From positions 2,823 through 66,822 of the forward strand of contig JBBTRQ010000001.1 of NCBI GenBank assembly GCA_038065075.1: DNA of 64,000 nt, read 5' to 3'. The number at the start of each line of letters is the position of its first letter. Position 1 is the stretch's first letter. The notes beneath the pieces are model-generated. The model was given only the letters and a program-made list of their open reading frames with translations, did no database searches and had not been told where the DNA came from. A program made the translations under genes and the position numbers. Positions 63,575 through 64,000 of this stretch are shown here, piece after piece. Origin of the DNA: Patescibacteria group bacterium (GTDB lineage: Bacteria > Patescibacteriota > Patescibacteriia > UBA9934 > GWF2-40-263).

Positions 63575-63832
63575 TTCACGATTCACGATCTGACCCTTGG
63601 GCCTTTCTTTCTTTGGAGGAGGCATGACTTGGACATCAATCTTTTCAATCGCCTTTGGACCGATGTTCGACGACTCCAACTCGCTGATCTGCTGAGAAAA
63701 TTCTTCGACGGTCATCTCTTGTGGATCACGACCTGGGATAGTGACCAAGACGCGGGTGTCAGGAGACAACGTATCAAGAAGTCCAAGGACACTTTCTCGT
63801 TTGTACGCAAATATTCCGTCGTGTGTTTCCAT
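63569..63832 (-). CDS. hypothetical protein (87 aa)
   Basis: ORF track only. Confidence 0.3.
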   Translation of the reverse strand: METHDGIFAYKRESVLGLLDTLSPDTRVLVTIPGRDPQEMTVEEFSQQISELESSNIGPKAIEKIDVQVMPPPKKERPKGQIVNREF

Positions 63833-64000
63833 AGGGATTCTTCTAGGCTACCACAAATCTCCTATGAGGGGATCATCGGCAACGGTCGATCTCCAGGAAG
63901 AAGGTAATCAGACGTCTTCCACTGACTCGTTCCGATCGTCACCATGACCGACAAGCGCCTCATGCTTCCGCTGTGTGTGCCAACAGGTCTCTCCCCAGCT

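Noticed and set aside
1-64000. CRISPR arrays, rRNA genes, RNase P/SRP RNAs
   Set aside because: No regularly spaced direct repeats with unique spacers and no rRNA-like or other conserved ncRNA signatures were seen by eye; the only structured RNAs found are tRNAs and the tRNA intron.

Overview
This 64-kb window reads as a small-genome, Gram-positive-like or CPR/Patescibacteria-like bacterial chromosome segment. No tools or databases were used, so this attribution is inference from the combination of rpsU-yqeY linkage, an LCP-family gene, archaeal-type AspRS and AsnRS, many membrane and secreted hypothetical proteins, and a tRNA intron. Housekeeping genes (hisS, rpsU, lepB, der, pth, dprA, topA, rel, parAB, scpAB, aspS, asnS, recO, deoD, cfa, msrB, an ABC-F ATPase) are interleaved with accessory material. 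Coding strand was chosen partly on GC3 (third-codon-position GC).

- **Pilin-like surface-protein cluster (1-11734):** the left 9 kb is one giant minus-strand surface-protein gene that runs off the window edge; it has no in-window stop, so the ORF track does not list it. Its N-terminus is a signal peptide plus a TrbC/VirB2 (type IV secretion pilin)-like two-helix membrane module, followed by a very large Cys/Asp/Gly-rich repeat region. Two further genes immediately downstream carry paralogous copies of the same N-terminal module: a 635-aa Ig-like-domain protein and, unexpectedly, the conserved YqeY (GatB/YqeY) protein of the rpsU-yqeY operon. This cluster is the strongest candidate for an undescribed system.
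- **In-frame palindromic repeats:** two families of short GC-rich palindromic elements occur both as intergenic terminator-like hairpins and as in-frame insertions inside essential genes. The C-run/G-run family is in-frame in topA and asnS; the GGTAGCC-N6-TTTA-N6-GTGC family is in-frame in the LCP gene. This is analogous to the Rickettsia palindromic elements.
- **Intron-containing initiator tRNA:** a tRNA-fMet (C1:A72, A11:U24) is split in its anticodon loop by a 263-nt ORF-less intron with group I features.
- **tRNA-Val island (about 20.3-24.25 kb):** two tRNA-Val(CAC) genes share a conserved 25-nt upstream block. A 60-nt tRNA-Val 3' fragment lies between them, bracketing GC-rich inserts that encode membrane proteins and an orphan nucleotidyltransferase. 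No integrase is present.
- **Other accessory content:** three toxin-antitoxin loci (DUF4258/DUF2283; VapBC; a decayed HigBA with a truncated toxin); a protein made of five tandem GcrA-like HTH repeats; a thiamine-pyrimidine-salvage-like ABC operon with an ATPase-SBP fusion and a TenA-like gene; a TrpR-like gene with a CTAG-type operator; and several high-GC3 genes (deoD, GNAT-like, cfa) that suggest foreign origin.

No CRISPR array, rRNA or integrase was seen.
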